Assembly: GCA_036170655.1 (NCBI GenBank)
Contig: JAVHPP010000141.1
Span: 38,737 to 76,148 of the forward strand
Length of the DNA: 37,412 nucleotides
Reading direction: 5' to 3'
Source: Candidatus Zixiibacteriota bacterium
GTDB taxonomy: Bacteria; Zixibacteria; MSB-5A5; WJJR01
Each line of letters begins with the position of its first letter. The first letter of the stretch is position 1. The position numbers and the translations under genes were made by a program. Shown in pieces: positions 26,102 to 34,981 of this stretch. The notes below the pieces were generated by a model. It was given only the letters and a program-made list of their open reading frames with translations. It searched no databases and was not told where the DNA came from.

Positions 26102-27115
26102 ATGTGTACAGTTGCGAAGACCATCGCTCTTGTGGCCATCCTGCTTGCGCCGGCGTCCGCTGACGCGGGCGGCACCCGGCGAACAGGAACGGCCGGTGCG
26201 CTCGAACTGCTGATTCCCACGGATGCGCGCGGTGCGGCCATGGGGGGATCGGTGGTGGCGGCGACGGAAGGCGCCAATGCCTGGTTCTGGAATCCGGCCG
26301 GCGCGGCGGCGGTCGAGGGCACCGAAGTGGCGTTTGCGCATCGTGCCTATATCGCCGACATCTCCCTCGATCAACTTTCACTGGCTTACCACGCGGGGTC
26401 CATGGGTGTGATCGGGTTGTCTGCCAAAGTGCTCTCGACCGGAAACGAACTGGTGTACACCACAACCCAGCCAGAGGGAACCGGGGAGACATTCTCATCG
26501 TCCTTCGTTGTCGTGGGGGTGTCTTATGCCCGCACATTAACAGATCAGGTCTCCTTTGGCATAAACGGGAACTATGTGAGCGAACAGATCTTCCGTGAAT
26601 CCGCGCATGGCGTGGCATTTGATCTGGGATTCATGTACCGGCCCTCTTTCCGGGGGGTGACTTTGGGCGTTTCCATCAAGAACTATGGCCCCAAGATGAA
26701 GTTCGACGGGCCGGATTTCGGGCACAACGTCGATGTCGGCAACAGCGCAGACAACTCTGGCCACACTGGCAGGACGCAGTCGGCATCGTTCGAACTCCCC
26801 TCATTCATCCAGTTGGGGATGGCGTGGGATGCCTTTTCACGTCCCCGGCAGCGGCTGCGTCTGACCGGGGTCTTCCAGTCGAATAGTTTCACAGAAGACG
26901 AATTTCGTGTGGGTTCCGAATGGTCTGTGTCGAATCAGTTGTTTCTGCGGGGGGGGTACGCCACCTCGACCCAGGAGAAGTATATCTACGGTTTCAGCGC
27001 CGGGGTCGGGTTGCGGATTCCGCTGGGCGGCGCTGAGACCGTGCTGGATTACACTTGGGTCGGCGCTGGCGTGTTCGATAGCAATCACTTTTTCTCAGTC
27101 AAACTGAGTTTCTAA
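26102..27115 (+). CDS. PorV/PorQ (UPF0164)-like FadL-type beta-barrel protein
   Basis: Signal peptide; L.IP.DARGAAMGG, FWNPAG, AFDLG..Y, LG.SIKNYG, LRGGY, terminal H.FSVKLSF. Confidence 0.85.
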   Translation: MCTVAKTIALVAILLAPASADAGGTRRTGTAGALELLIPTDARGAAMGGSVVAATEGANAWFWNPAGAAAVEGTEVAFAHRAYIADISLDQLSLAYHAGSMGVIGLSAKVLSTGNELVYTTTQPEGTGETFSSSFVVVGVSYARTLTDQVSFGINGNYVSEQIFRESAHGVAFDLGFMYRPSFRGVTLGVSIKNYGPKMKFDGPDFGHNVDVGNSADNSGHTGRTQSASFELPSFIQLGMAWDAFSRPRQRLRLTGVFQSNSFTEDEFRVGSEWSVSNQLFLRGGYATSTQEKYIYGFSAGVGLRIPLGGAETVLDYTWVGAGVFDSNHFFSVKLSF

Positions 27116-27146
27116 TGATCACCGGATGTCACAGGTGTGATCGCCC

Positions 27147-28277
27147 ATGTCGCCGAACATGCCCCTTGGCGACCGTATGGCAAACGGGGCCAGAGACATT
27201 TCTCCGGATGACGGACGACTTGTGCAACGGACCAAACGGCAGAGCATGTCGGAGTCGATACCTACAGACGCAGCCGCACCGGCCCGCCCATGGCGGGTTG
27301 TGAGGCCGGTCTATCGATCATTTCTGTTCGGTCTCGCCATTGCCCTTGTTTGGGCGGGTGTTCGGCCGGAATCCGGTCATTCTGTTCCCAAGTCCGCACG
27401 GGTCAAGATTGCCGTCGTTAGGAGTCTCGACCTCCCAGAATACAATCAGGCCTTGGAAGGGTTTATTAGCGCGCTCCACGGGACCGGTTATGAGCCGGCC
27501 ACATCGGTCATAACCTTGGGGAGCGGCGATGCCGCGATTGAATCCGCATTGCGCGTGGTCTCGGCCAGTCAGCCAGATCTGATTCTGGCGCTGGGGAGCC
27601 GTGCCTTGGTGGAGGTGTCGCGGCGCGAGAAAACCATCCCCGTTGTTTACTCCATGGTTCTCGAACCCCCTCCAGGCGCGTCCGGAACGGAGGCCCTGCC
27701 GTCACAGGATAACGTGACCGGCGCCACCCTGAACATCTCTCTCCTGGTCCAGATTCAGAAGCTCCGGCTGGTATTTCCGACGGCGAAACGGATTGGTGTG
27801 ATTAGCGATCCCGCCCAGACGAAACGTCTGGTGGACTCCGCCGTCCATGTGGCCAAGGCATCCGGGATCAGCATTCGCGTGCAGTGGATCAAGAACGAGG
27901 GTGACATTCCCAGCGCCTTGCGCGCGCTGAGCGACTCAATCGACGTTTTCTGGATGCTGCCGGACCAAACCGTGCTGACCGCGCAGTCTTCGCGCTACAT
28001 CATCTTTGAACTGATCAAAGCCGGGGTGCCGATCATGGGGTTGTCGTCTGCTTATGTGAAGGCGGGCGCTCTGATTGCGCTGGATTGCAACTACCGTGAC
28101 GTCGGCCGGCAATCCGGTGAACTCGCGGTGCGCATTCTGGCGGGGCAGTCGCCCGCGCAGTTGCCGCCCACACAGCCGCGGCGATACACGCTGGCGGTCA
28201 ATGCCAAGGTTCGTGAGCACATCCGGATTCCCGTTGACGAGGGCGTGGTGAGTGATACGGGCGTGACAACGTTCTGA
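27147..28277 (+). CDS. ABC-type substrate-binding-like periplasmic protein (no transporter genes nearby)
   Basis: PDLILALGS.A, PVVYSMV, KRIGVI.DP, D.FWMLPD, VKAGAL, G.Q.GELA.RIL.G; start uncertain (27147 or 27246). Confidence 0.85.
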   Translation: MSPNMPLGDRMANGARDISPDDGRLVQRTKRQSMSESIPTDAAAPARPWRVVRPVYRSFLFGLAIALVWAGVRPESGHSVPKSARVKIAVVRSLDLPEYNQALEGFISALHGTGYEPATSVITLGSGDAAIESALRVVSASQPDLILALGSRALVEVSRREKTIPVVYSMVLEPPPGASGTEALPSQDNVTGATLNISLLVQIQKLRLVFPTAKRIGVISDPAQTKRLVDSAVHVAKASGISIRVQWIKNEGDIPSALRALSDSIDVFWMLPDQTVLTAQSSRYIIFELIKAGVPIMGLSSAYVKAGALIALDCNYRDVGRQSGELAVRILAGQSPAQLPPTQPRRYTLAVNAKVREHIRIPVDEGVVSDTGVTTF

Positions 28278-28300
28278 TAAGCGATCAGGGGACAAGAAGA

Positions 28301-30016
28301 GTGGTCAGAGGTATTTCCTCATTTCTCAAAGCCCGTATCGGCATTCAGCAGAAGGCCGTCATGGCCATTTCTGTCCTTCTCCTTACGCTTGTGGCTGCGC
28401 TTGTGGCGATCTCTATGAACAGCAATAGTCACGCCGTACGGACTGAACTGATGAAGCGTGGCCGCATGTCCACAGAAAATCTCGCTTACAATGCCGTCTA
28501 TGCCACCCTTGTGGGGGACACGGCCGCGCTGGCTGGCTTTCTGGATGGAGTCATGGCCGAGCAAGAAGTGGTCTATGCGCTCATCCTCGATCCCAAGGGA
28601 CAAGTGCTGGTGTCACGCGACCGTGCGTCGCGGAATGACTCTGGATACTCCGGGCTCCCAAAAGCGCCCGTTCCGGCCGGTCATGTCGATCTGGCCGCCA
28701 TGCGCGACAGCGGCTCGTGCGCTGATTGCCACAACAAGACAGAAATCCAGGGTAGAAGTATTCTCGATTTTCGTGCCCCCATTGTGCTGGGAGAAGAGAC
28801 CCGTGACAAAGGGGCGGTGGAACTCGACATCTACGCGATGCAGGGGCGCCGTGCCGCGTCCCACAGTGGGCGGGTTATTGGGGGGGCGCAGATCGGGATC
28901 ACACTTCAGTTCATGGAAGCCCAGATCAGCGCGATGCGCTGGAGCCTGCTGAGCGTGGCCCTGGCACTGATTGTGCTGGCCTTGACCGTTACGGTGATCG
29001 CCGTCCGGCGTGCCCTGAAGCCGATTGATGCGCTGGTTGTCGCGACCGGAAAGGTGGCGGGTGGCGACTATGACTCGAAGGTCTGCGTTGATCGAGATGA
29101 CGAGGTCGGCGATCTGGCCGCGTCATTCAACAAGATGACCGCCGATCTGGCGTCGGGGCGCACCGCTCTCGTTGAGAAACGGCTCCTTGAAGCGCTCGTG
29201 ACCGAACTCAAAGAGACACAACAGCAACTGGTCCAGGCCGGAAAGATGGCCGCGGTGGGCCAGCTGGCTGCCGGCGTGGCACACGAAATCAATAATCCGC
29301 TGGCCGGCATCATGGGGTACTCGCAACTGGTGGTCGAAAAAATGCAGCACAAGCGCGACAGCGGGATCACGCCCGAGGAACTGCCGAAGTTCCTCTCTTA
29401 TGTCGAGAACATGGAGCGCCAGAGCCAGCGCTGCAAACAAATCGTGCAGAATCTCCTCAAGTTTGCCCGCGCCTCATCGCAGGAAGAGTTGCAGGAAGTC
29501 AACTGCAACGTTGTGCTGCGGGAGACCATCTCATTCCTCGACCATCAGTTAGAAGTGAGTCAGGTCACCGTGGTGACGCGATTCGAGTCCGGTCTGCCCG
29601 CGATCCTGGGGCACGATGGCAAGCTGCAGCAGATATTCACCAACATCATCATCAACGCCATGCAGGCGGTCGGGAAGGCAGGGACCATCACGGTGACGAC
29701 CCGCTCCGCGGAAGAGCGCGTCATCATCGAGATCCAAGACACTGGCGAGGGCATCCCTCCGGAGATTCAAGGCAAAATCTTCGAGCCCTTCTTCACAACC
29801 AAGGAAATCGGGCAGGGGACTGGTCTGGGGCTTTCGGTGACGTATGGCTTGGTTCAGGACTTGCACGGGGACATCGCTGTCCACAGCGAAGTGGGCCACG
29901 GAACGACATTTACGGTCAGCTTTCCCGTTTGCGGCAGCGGTCAGTCTGACGCTGATCGGCCCGATGGCACGGTTGCGAGCATGACGCCGAGCGACGCTGC
30001 AGAATCGTGCGGTTGA
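28301..30016 (+). CDS. Membrane sensor histidine kinase (periplasmic domain with CxxCH, HAMP, HisKA, HATPase)
   Basis: Two TM helices; HAMP DEVGDLAASFNKM; H-box AHEINNPL; N, G1, F, G2 boxes (NIIINAMQA, DTGEGI, FEPFFTTK, GTGLGL); CADCH at 28718-28732. Confidence 0.96.
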   Translation: MVRGISSFLKARIGIQQKAVMAISVLLLTLVAALVAISMNSNSHAVRTELMKRGRMSTENLAYNAVYATLVGDTAALAGFLDGVMAEQEVVYALILDPKGQVLVSRDRASRNDSGYSGLPKAPVPAGHVDLAAMRDSGSCADCHNKTEIQGRSILDFRAPIVLGEETRDKGAVELDIYAMQGRRAASHSGRVIGGAQIGITLQFMEAQISAMRWSLLSVALALIVLALTVTVIAVRRALKPIDALVVATGKVAGGDYDSKVCVDRDDEVGDLAASFNKMTADLASGRTALVEKRLLEALVTELKETQQQLVQAGKMAAVGQLAAGVAHEINNPLAGIMGYSQLVVEKMQHKRDSGITPEELPKFLSYVENMERQSQRCKQIVQNLLKFARASSQEELQEVNCNVVLRETISFLDHQLEVSQVTVVTRFESGLPAILGHDGKLQQIFTNIIINAMQAVGKAGTITVTTRSAEERVIIEIQDTGEGIPPEIQGKIFEPFFTTKEIGQGTGLGLSVTYGLVQDLHGDIAVHSEVGHGTTFTVSFPVCGSGQSDADRPDGTVASMTPSDAAESCG

Positions 30017-30058
30017 CCGGCGCGGCGCGTGCGCCCGCCATGCCGCCTGTGATTCGCC

Positions 30059-30451
30059 ATGCCCGGCTACGGTCACATCCTGATTGTTGATGACGAAGTC
30101 GTCATTCGTTCTCTGCTGAGTGAAATGTTGAGCGAGGATGGATTCTCCGTTGCCACTGCGGAAGACGGCAAGCGCGGCTTGGATTATGTCAACAATGGTC
30201 AGGTCGACCTGGTTATCTCTGATGTCCACATGCCGGTCATGGACGGCCCCGAACTGGTCGCCCGGCTGCACCAAATTGACCCCAACCTTCCGGTCATCAT
30301 CCTGAACAGTATTCCGGAAGGCGATCCATCAAAGGGGATGGCCGGCCGTGCCATCACCTGCCTGGGAAAACCGTTCGATCTGCAGAAGCTTCGTGACGCC
30401 ATCGTGCAGGTGGGGGTGGTCAAATCACCGGCAGGCCCAAGTGGCGGGTAA
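30059..30451 (+). CDS. Single-domain response regulator (CheY-like receiver)
   Basis: ILIVDDE, DLVISDVHMP.MDG, KPF; no output domain. Confidence 0.92.
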   Translation: MPGYGHILIVDDEVVIRSLLSEMLSEDGFSVATAEDGKRGLDYVNNGQVDLVISDVHMPVMDGPELVARLHQIDPNLPVIILNSIPEGDPSKGMAGRAITCLGKPFDLQKLRDAIVQVGVVKSPAGPSGG

Positions 30452-30519
30452 GGCTCGATCCTTCCGGATCGTGTCTCCGCATTGTTGCTGGGCGCACATG
30501 ATCCTGTCATCTGGAATGA

Positions 30520-30593
30520 TGGCTGGGGGATAGGGATTCGAACCCCAATACCGTGGTCCAGAGCCACGTGTCCTGCCGTTGGACGATCCCCCA
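30520..30593 (-). tRNA. tRNA-Gln(CUG)
   Basis: Minus strand reads TGGGGGATCGTCCAACGGCAGGACACGTGGCTCTGGACCACGGTATTGGGGTTCGAATCCCTATCCCCCAGCCA: 74-nt cloverleaf, anticodon CTG (plus 30559-30561), TTCGAAT T-loop, encoded CCA, U1-A72 pair. Confidence 0.97.
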
Positions 30594-30690
30594 GACGACC
30601 TGCGAAGAGGCCCCGTTTGCGGGGCAGAACTTGCCGAAGAAACTACCCGAACTGCCCGGAGTCAACCCCGCCGGCCAGCTCAGACCTGGG

Positions 30691-31185
30691 TCACTTGGTT
30701 TTCTTTGTCCCGGTCTTCCTGGTCGGTTTCCCTGCCGGTTTAGACTTGGCCGTGTCCTTGGGTTCAGTCGCTTTGGCCTTGGTCTTTGGCTTCGATTTGG
30801 CTGCCGCCCCAGTCTTCCGCGCGGGAGTTGGCTTCTTCCTTGCGGCGGGCTTGGGGACAGCTGCGGGTTCTGGTCTACGCTTCGGGATCACCGGTGGTTC
30901 GGTCAATTCTATTGGTGGTTTTGGGGCTCGTACCATCGGTGGCGATACCGGCTGCCTGGCGATTTGAGGTGGCGCAGCAGGCGGTACGGGCGAAGATATC
31001 GTGTCCGATGACGGTACTGATGTTGGCTGGCTTTCCGCCTCCGCCAGTTCTTTGCGTTTCTTCTTCAGTTTGTGGTAGAGTTGGTCTGATCGCTTCCGAT
31101 CGATCAACCCTTCGAATGGGTGAGCGGCCATCTGCCGCTCCAATTCGACGATTTCCCGTTTCAGACGTTCAATATAGTCATTCAT
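30691..31185 (-). CDS. Hypothetical protein: N-terminal coiled coil, Pro-rich linker, Lys/Ala-rich basic tail
   Basis: GGGAGG SD before ATG; heptad pattern in the first ~50 aa; tail such as KPAARKKPTPARKTGAAAKSKPKTKAK. Confidence 0.75.
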   Translation of the reverse strand: MNDYIERLKREIVELERQMAAHPFEGLIDRKRSDQLYHKLKKKRKELAEAESQPTSVPSSDTISSPVPPAAPPQIARQPVSPPMVRAPKPPIELTEPPVIPKRRPEPAAVPKPAARKKPTPARKTGAAAKSKPKTKAKATEPKDTAKSKPAGKPTRKTGTKKTK

Positions 31186-31208
31186 TTCTGCCTCCCAAGT
31201 GTCGGCGG

Positions 31209-31237
31209 CAAGATATGAGATTCTCGAATTGACGCAA
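31209..31237 (-). promoter_or_regulatory. Putative promoter for the Lys-rich gene and possibly tRNA-Gln
   Basis: TTGCGT (31237-31232), 16-nt spacer, TATCTT (31215-31210); same layout as the promoter at 231-259. Confidence 0.5.
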
Positions 31238-31372
31238 CAGTCAGTTGCTGAACAAGTGGTGGTGCGCCGGTTTGAGCGGCTTGGGGTGGGATATGGCCAA
31301 ACCGCTTGACTTTACCGGCCGGTCCGGGCAACTTTTGATGTTTGGATTGAAGCCCAGATTCTCGCGTCCCGT

Positions 31373-32410
31373 ATGAAATCCAGCACCGCCAGCAAACACG
31401 ACCCCAGTGAGGTCGATCGCCAAGATCAGCGGGCCCTTTACTCTCACTTGATCAAGACCCGCCGTTTCGACGAGCGTTGCCGTCGTTTGTTTAAGCAAGG
31501 CCGTTTCCCCGGCACCTATTTCTCTGCAGTGGGACAGGAGGCGACGACCGTGGGGGCGGCCTATGGCCTGACGACCCATGATGTCATCGCCCCCTCACAC
31601 CGTGAATTGGGCGCTTTTATCACCAAGGGGATGCCGTTGGTGGCTCTCTTGCGTCAGATGTACGCCCGGGCGGATTCGCCCGACAAGGGGAAGTCCCACC
31701 CGTGTCATTTCGGATACCCCGAACTGAACATTCTCACACCGGCATCCACGGTCGCGGGTCAAATTGTCTTGGGGACCGGGGCGGCGCTGGCCTTCAAGCT
31801 CCAGAAGAAGCCGCATGTCGCCCTTTCGTTCTTTGGCGAAGGTGGAACCTCGCGCGGGGCATTTCACGAGTCGCTGAATTTTGCGGGTGTCCATGATCTC
31901 CCGATTGTGTACATCTGCCAGAACAACCTCTGGGCCGAGTCGGTGCCGGCACGTCTCCAGAGCCGGATCGAACGTTTTTCCGACCGTGCGAAGGCGTATG
32001 GATTCGATGGGGTGACGATCGATGGGAATGATCTGCTCCTGGTCCATACCACGGCCCGTGCCGCCATCGCCAAAGCGCGCCGTGGGGGAGGGCCGACATT
32101 GATCGAATGCCTTACCTATCGCTGGTACGGTCATTCCGAGATCGACCCGGCCAACTATCGCACGGCCGAGGAACTCGAAACGTGGAAGAAGCGGGACCCG
32201 GTGACCCTCTTTGAGAAGCACCTCGAACAAGCCGGTGTCATGACGACCGGCGAACGCGCCGAAACGGTCGAGCGTGTGGATGCCGAGATCGAGGAGGCCA
32301 TCCGGTTGGCGGAGGCGTCGCCACATCCCCGGCCGGAAGAAGCGCTCGATGACGTGTACTCGTTCTCTCCGGCAGCGAATTATCCGGATCCAGTTCAGCG
32401 GGGATTATGA
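31373..32410 (+). CDS. 2-oxoacid dehydrogenase E1 alpha subunit (branched-chain-like)
   Basis: GQEA, HR, TPP motif GEG-x-QNN, YRWYGHS..D. Confidence 0.93.
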   Translation: MKSSTASKHDPSEVDRQDQRALYSHLIKTRRFDERCRRLFKQGRFPGTYFSAVGQEATTVGAAYGLTTHDVIAPSHRELGAFITKGMPLVALLRQMYARADSPDKGKSHPCHFGYPELNILTPASTVAGQIVLGTGAALAFKLQKKPHVALSFFGEGGTSRGAFHESLNFAGVHDLPIVYICQNNLWAESVPARLQSRIERFSDRAKAYGFDGVTIDGNDLLLVHTTARAAIAKARRGGGPTLIECLTYRWYGHSEIDPANYRTAEELETWKKRDPVTLFEKHLEQAGVMTTGERAETVERVDAEIEEAIRLAEASPHPRPEEALDDVYSFSPAANYPDPVQRGL

Positions 32411-32457
32411 ACCCGGGCATCGTCATTCGTACTAAGGCCATGAAAGCCCATGCGATC

Positions 32458-32485
32458 GTCGGGGGGCACGGCCGTGCGCCCCGAC
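32458..32485. repeat. REP-like 28-bp palindrome
   Basis: GTCGGGGGGCACGGCCGTGCGCCCCGAC; near-perfect inverted repeat resembling GTAGGGGC...GCCCCTAC REP families. Confidence 0.7.
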
Positions 32486-32531
32486 AGTTCATCGTTCGCG
32501 CGCGTTCTCGGTGGTCGGGGTCGAGGTATCA

Positions 32532-33515
32532 ATGAAGAACATCTCGTTCATCGAAGCGATCACCGAGGCCATGGCCGAGGAAATGCGGCGTGATAACCGT
32601 GTCTTTATCATGGGGGAGGATGTCGCAGTGTACGGTGGTGTCTTCAAAGCCACGAAGGGATTACTTGATGAGTTTGGTCCCCAGCGCGTGATCGATACAC
32701 CGATCTCTGAGGAGTTCATTGTGGGTGGCGCAGTCGGGGCGGCGGCGCTGGGCATGCGACCGATCCCCGAAGTCCAGTTCTCCGATTTTGCCTCTTGTGG
32801 ATTTGATCCGATCATCCAGCAAGCGGCCAAACTTCGATATCGTACGGGGGGAGGATGGACCTGTCCCCTCGTGATTCGCCTCTGTTGCGGTGGAGAGATC
32901 GGCGGTGGCCTTTATCACTCACAGACCAATGAGAATTGGTTTTTCGGGACCCCGGGGCTTGTCGTCGTCGCTCCCTCAACTCCCTATGACGCCAAAGGAC
33001 TCCTGAAGGCCGCCGTGCGCGCCGACGATCCTGTTATTTTTCTCGAACACAAGAAGCTCTACCGCTGGGCACGCGCTGACATTCCCGAGGATGACTATAC
33101 AGTCCCTCTTGGCAGGGCGGATATCAAGCGTGCCGGGTCACATTTGACGATTATCTGCTACCAGTTGATGGTGCATCGGGCGCTGGAGGCGGCCGAGCAG
33201 CTGGCCAAAGAGGGGATTGATGCCGAAGTGGTTGATTTGCGTACACTATTGCCATGGGATCAGGAATTGGTGCTCGAGTCTGTGCGTAAGACCGGGAAGG
33301 TTCTGATCGTGCACGAATCGCCTCGCACCGGCGGTGTCGGTGGCGAAATCGCCGCCACCATTATGGAGCAGGCGTTCGACGACTTGGATGCCCCTGTCAG
33401 CCGTCTGACTGGTCCCGATGTGCCCCCCATGCCATTTGCACCGGCGATGGAGGCGTACTACATGCCCGACGCCAGCAAAATCGCCGCCAAGGCCCGAGCA
33501 CTGGCTGCGTATTAG
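32532..33515 (+). CDS. 2-oxoacid dehydrogenase E1 beta subunit
   Basis: GEDV..YGGVF, RVIDTPISE, EVQF.DF, GGLYHSQ, DPVIFLEHK.LY; ATG at 32532 after GAGGT. Confidence 0.95.
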   Translation: MKNISFIEAITEAMAEEMRRDNRVFIMGEDVAVYGGVFKATKGLLDEFGPQRVIDTPISEEFIVGGAVGAAALGMRPIPEVQFSDFASCGFDPIIQQAAKLRYRTGGGWTCPLVIRLCCGGEIGGGLYHSQTNENWFFGTPGLVVVAPSTPYDAKGLLKAAVRADDPVIFLEHKKLYRWARADIPEDDYTVPLGRADIKRAGSHLTIICYQLMVHRALEAAEQLAKEGIDAEVVDLRTLLPWDQELVLESVRKTGKVLIVHESPRTGGVGGEIAATIMEQAFDDLDAPVSRLTGPDVPPMPFAPAMEAYYMPDASKIAAKARALAAY

Positions 33516-33578
33516 AGGAACATCAGATACAAGTGACACTCAGGGACAGACCCGTAATAACTTGCTGAGGACTCAGAG

Positions 33579-34895
33579 ATGCCGACTGCCATTGTAATTC
33601 CCCAGATGGGTGAGAGTGTGGTCGAAGGGACCGTCGGACACTGGCTCAAGTCCGAAGGGGATCCGATTGCCAAAGACGAGACGGTTGTCGAGATCCTGAC
33701 CGACAAGATCAATGTCGAGTTGCCAGCCGCTGTCGCAGGGATCCTCGGCAAGATTCTTGTTCCTGAGGGCACCGTCGTCCCTGTCGGGGCCGAGATTGGC
33801 ATCATCCTTGCCGCTGGGGAATTGCTTCCGTCCGGGACGGGTGCACTGTCGGCTACTGCTGTCGGATCCGGGGGCAATGGCGGCGCCGTGGCCGCAAAAT
33901 CCCCGCTTCACGCAGCGATTGTTTCGGCACCAGGGCCATTGCCGGGCCAGACATCGATGGCGAACGAGGACAAGAAATCGTCGCCGGTCGTCCGTCGCCT
34001 GTTGCGAGAATACAATCTCGATCTTCGGGGTATCCCAGCGACCGGAGCCGGTGGACGTGTCACCAAACAGGATGTCCTCAACTATGTCCGGTCCGGTCAG
34101 GCGGTGGCCGCTTCCCCGGCACACGCTGGCGGGGCGCCAGTAGCCGTGACACCGTCTGCCGCCTACACGAATGTCCGTACCGTATCTGGTGACGAACCGG
34201 TGGAGCGCGAGCCGTTGGCGGGAGTGCGGAAAATCATCGCCGACCACATGGTCAAGAGCAAGCAGACCTCGCCCCACGTCATGTCCATGGACGAGGTCGA
34301 CATGACCGAACTCGTGAGAGCCCGCGAGGCCAAGAAGGAACTCTGGAAAGTCGTCACCGGTGTGAACATCACGTACATGCCCTTCCTCATCAAGTCGGTG
34401 GTCGCGGCGTTGAAAGAATTCCCCAAGGTAAATGCGTCGGTGGAGGGCGATCAGATCGTTTATCGCAAGTACTATCACATGGGTGTCGCGGTGGCGCGGG
34501 ATAACGGGCTCATTGTGCCCGTCATCAAGCATGCCGATCAGAAATCCATCGTCCAGATCGCCCGTGAGTTGGCCGACCTTGGTGACCGGGCCAGAAAGGA
34601 CGCCCTGACGCTGCCTGAAGTCACCGGCTCGACATTCACGATCACCAACGCCGGAATGTTCGGCGCTCTGGCATCGACGCCGATCATCAATCAGCCGGAA
34701 CTGGCCATCCTCGGTGTCCACAAGATTCAAGAGCGGCCGGTCGTCCGCGAGCATCAGATCGTCATCCGCAACATGATGTACCTGACGGTCTCATTCGATC
34801 ACCGCATCATCGACGGCCATGTGGCTGTCCAATTCCTGCGCAGAGTCTGCGAGCGTTTGGAGGATCCGTACGAGTTGCTCCTGACCGTCGGCTGA
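33579..34895 (+). CDS. Dihydrolipoamide acyltransferase E2
   Basis: One lipoyl domain (TDKINVE), E3-binding domain (SP.VRRL...TG.GGRVTKQDV), catalytic DHRIIDG. Confidence 0.96.
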   Translation: MPTAIVIPQMGESVVEGTVGHWLKSEGDPIAKDETVVEILTDKINVELPAAVAGILGKILVPEGTVVPVGAEIGIILAAGELLPSGTGALSATAVGSGGNGGAVAAKSPLHAAIVSAPGPLPGQTSMANEDKKSSPVVRRLLREYNLDLRGIPATGAGGRVTKQDVLNYVRSGQAVAASPAHAGGAPVAVTPSAAYTNVRTVSGDEPVEREPLAGVRKIIADHMVKSKQTSPHVMSMDEVDMTELVRAREAKKELWKVVTGVNITYMPFLIKSVVAALKEFPKVNASVEGDQIVYRKYYHMGVAVARDNGLIVPVIKHADQKSIVQIARELADLGDRARKDALTLPEVTGSTFTITNAGMFGALASTPIINQPELAILGVHKIQERPVVREHQIVIRNMMYLTVSFDHRIIDGHVAVQFLRRVCERLEDPYELLLTVG

Positions 34896-34900
34896 CCGCG

Positions 34901-34930
34901 AGGAATTGAAGGGAATTGCAGGGAATTGCA
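34901..34930 (+). repeat. 10-bp tandem repeat, three copies
   Basis: AGGAATTGAA-GGGAATTGCA-GGGAATTGCA. Confidence 0.8.
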
Positions 34931-34954
34931 GGGGGCGGATGCCCCCTTTTCTTT
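34930..34954 (+). terminator. Putative intrinsic terminator between E2 and lipB
   Basis: AGGGGGC-GGAT-GCCCCCT hairpin followed by TTTCTTT. Confidence 0.6.
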
Positions 34955-34981
34955 GCGAACGGAGTTCATGGAGTGAAGCGG

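Noticed and set aside
30482..31232. Plus-strand ORFs 30482..30967, 30553..31011 and 30786..31232
   Set aside because: They overlap tRNA-Gln and/or lie antisense to the Lys-rich gene, which has the SD and promoter
33516..33578. Short ACTCAG/CTGAG motifs between E1beta and E2
   Set aside because: Too short and degenerate to call a repeat element
33573..34754. 393-aa minus-strand ORF
   Set aside because: Antisense shadow of the E2 gene
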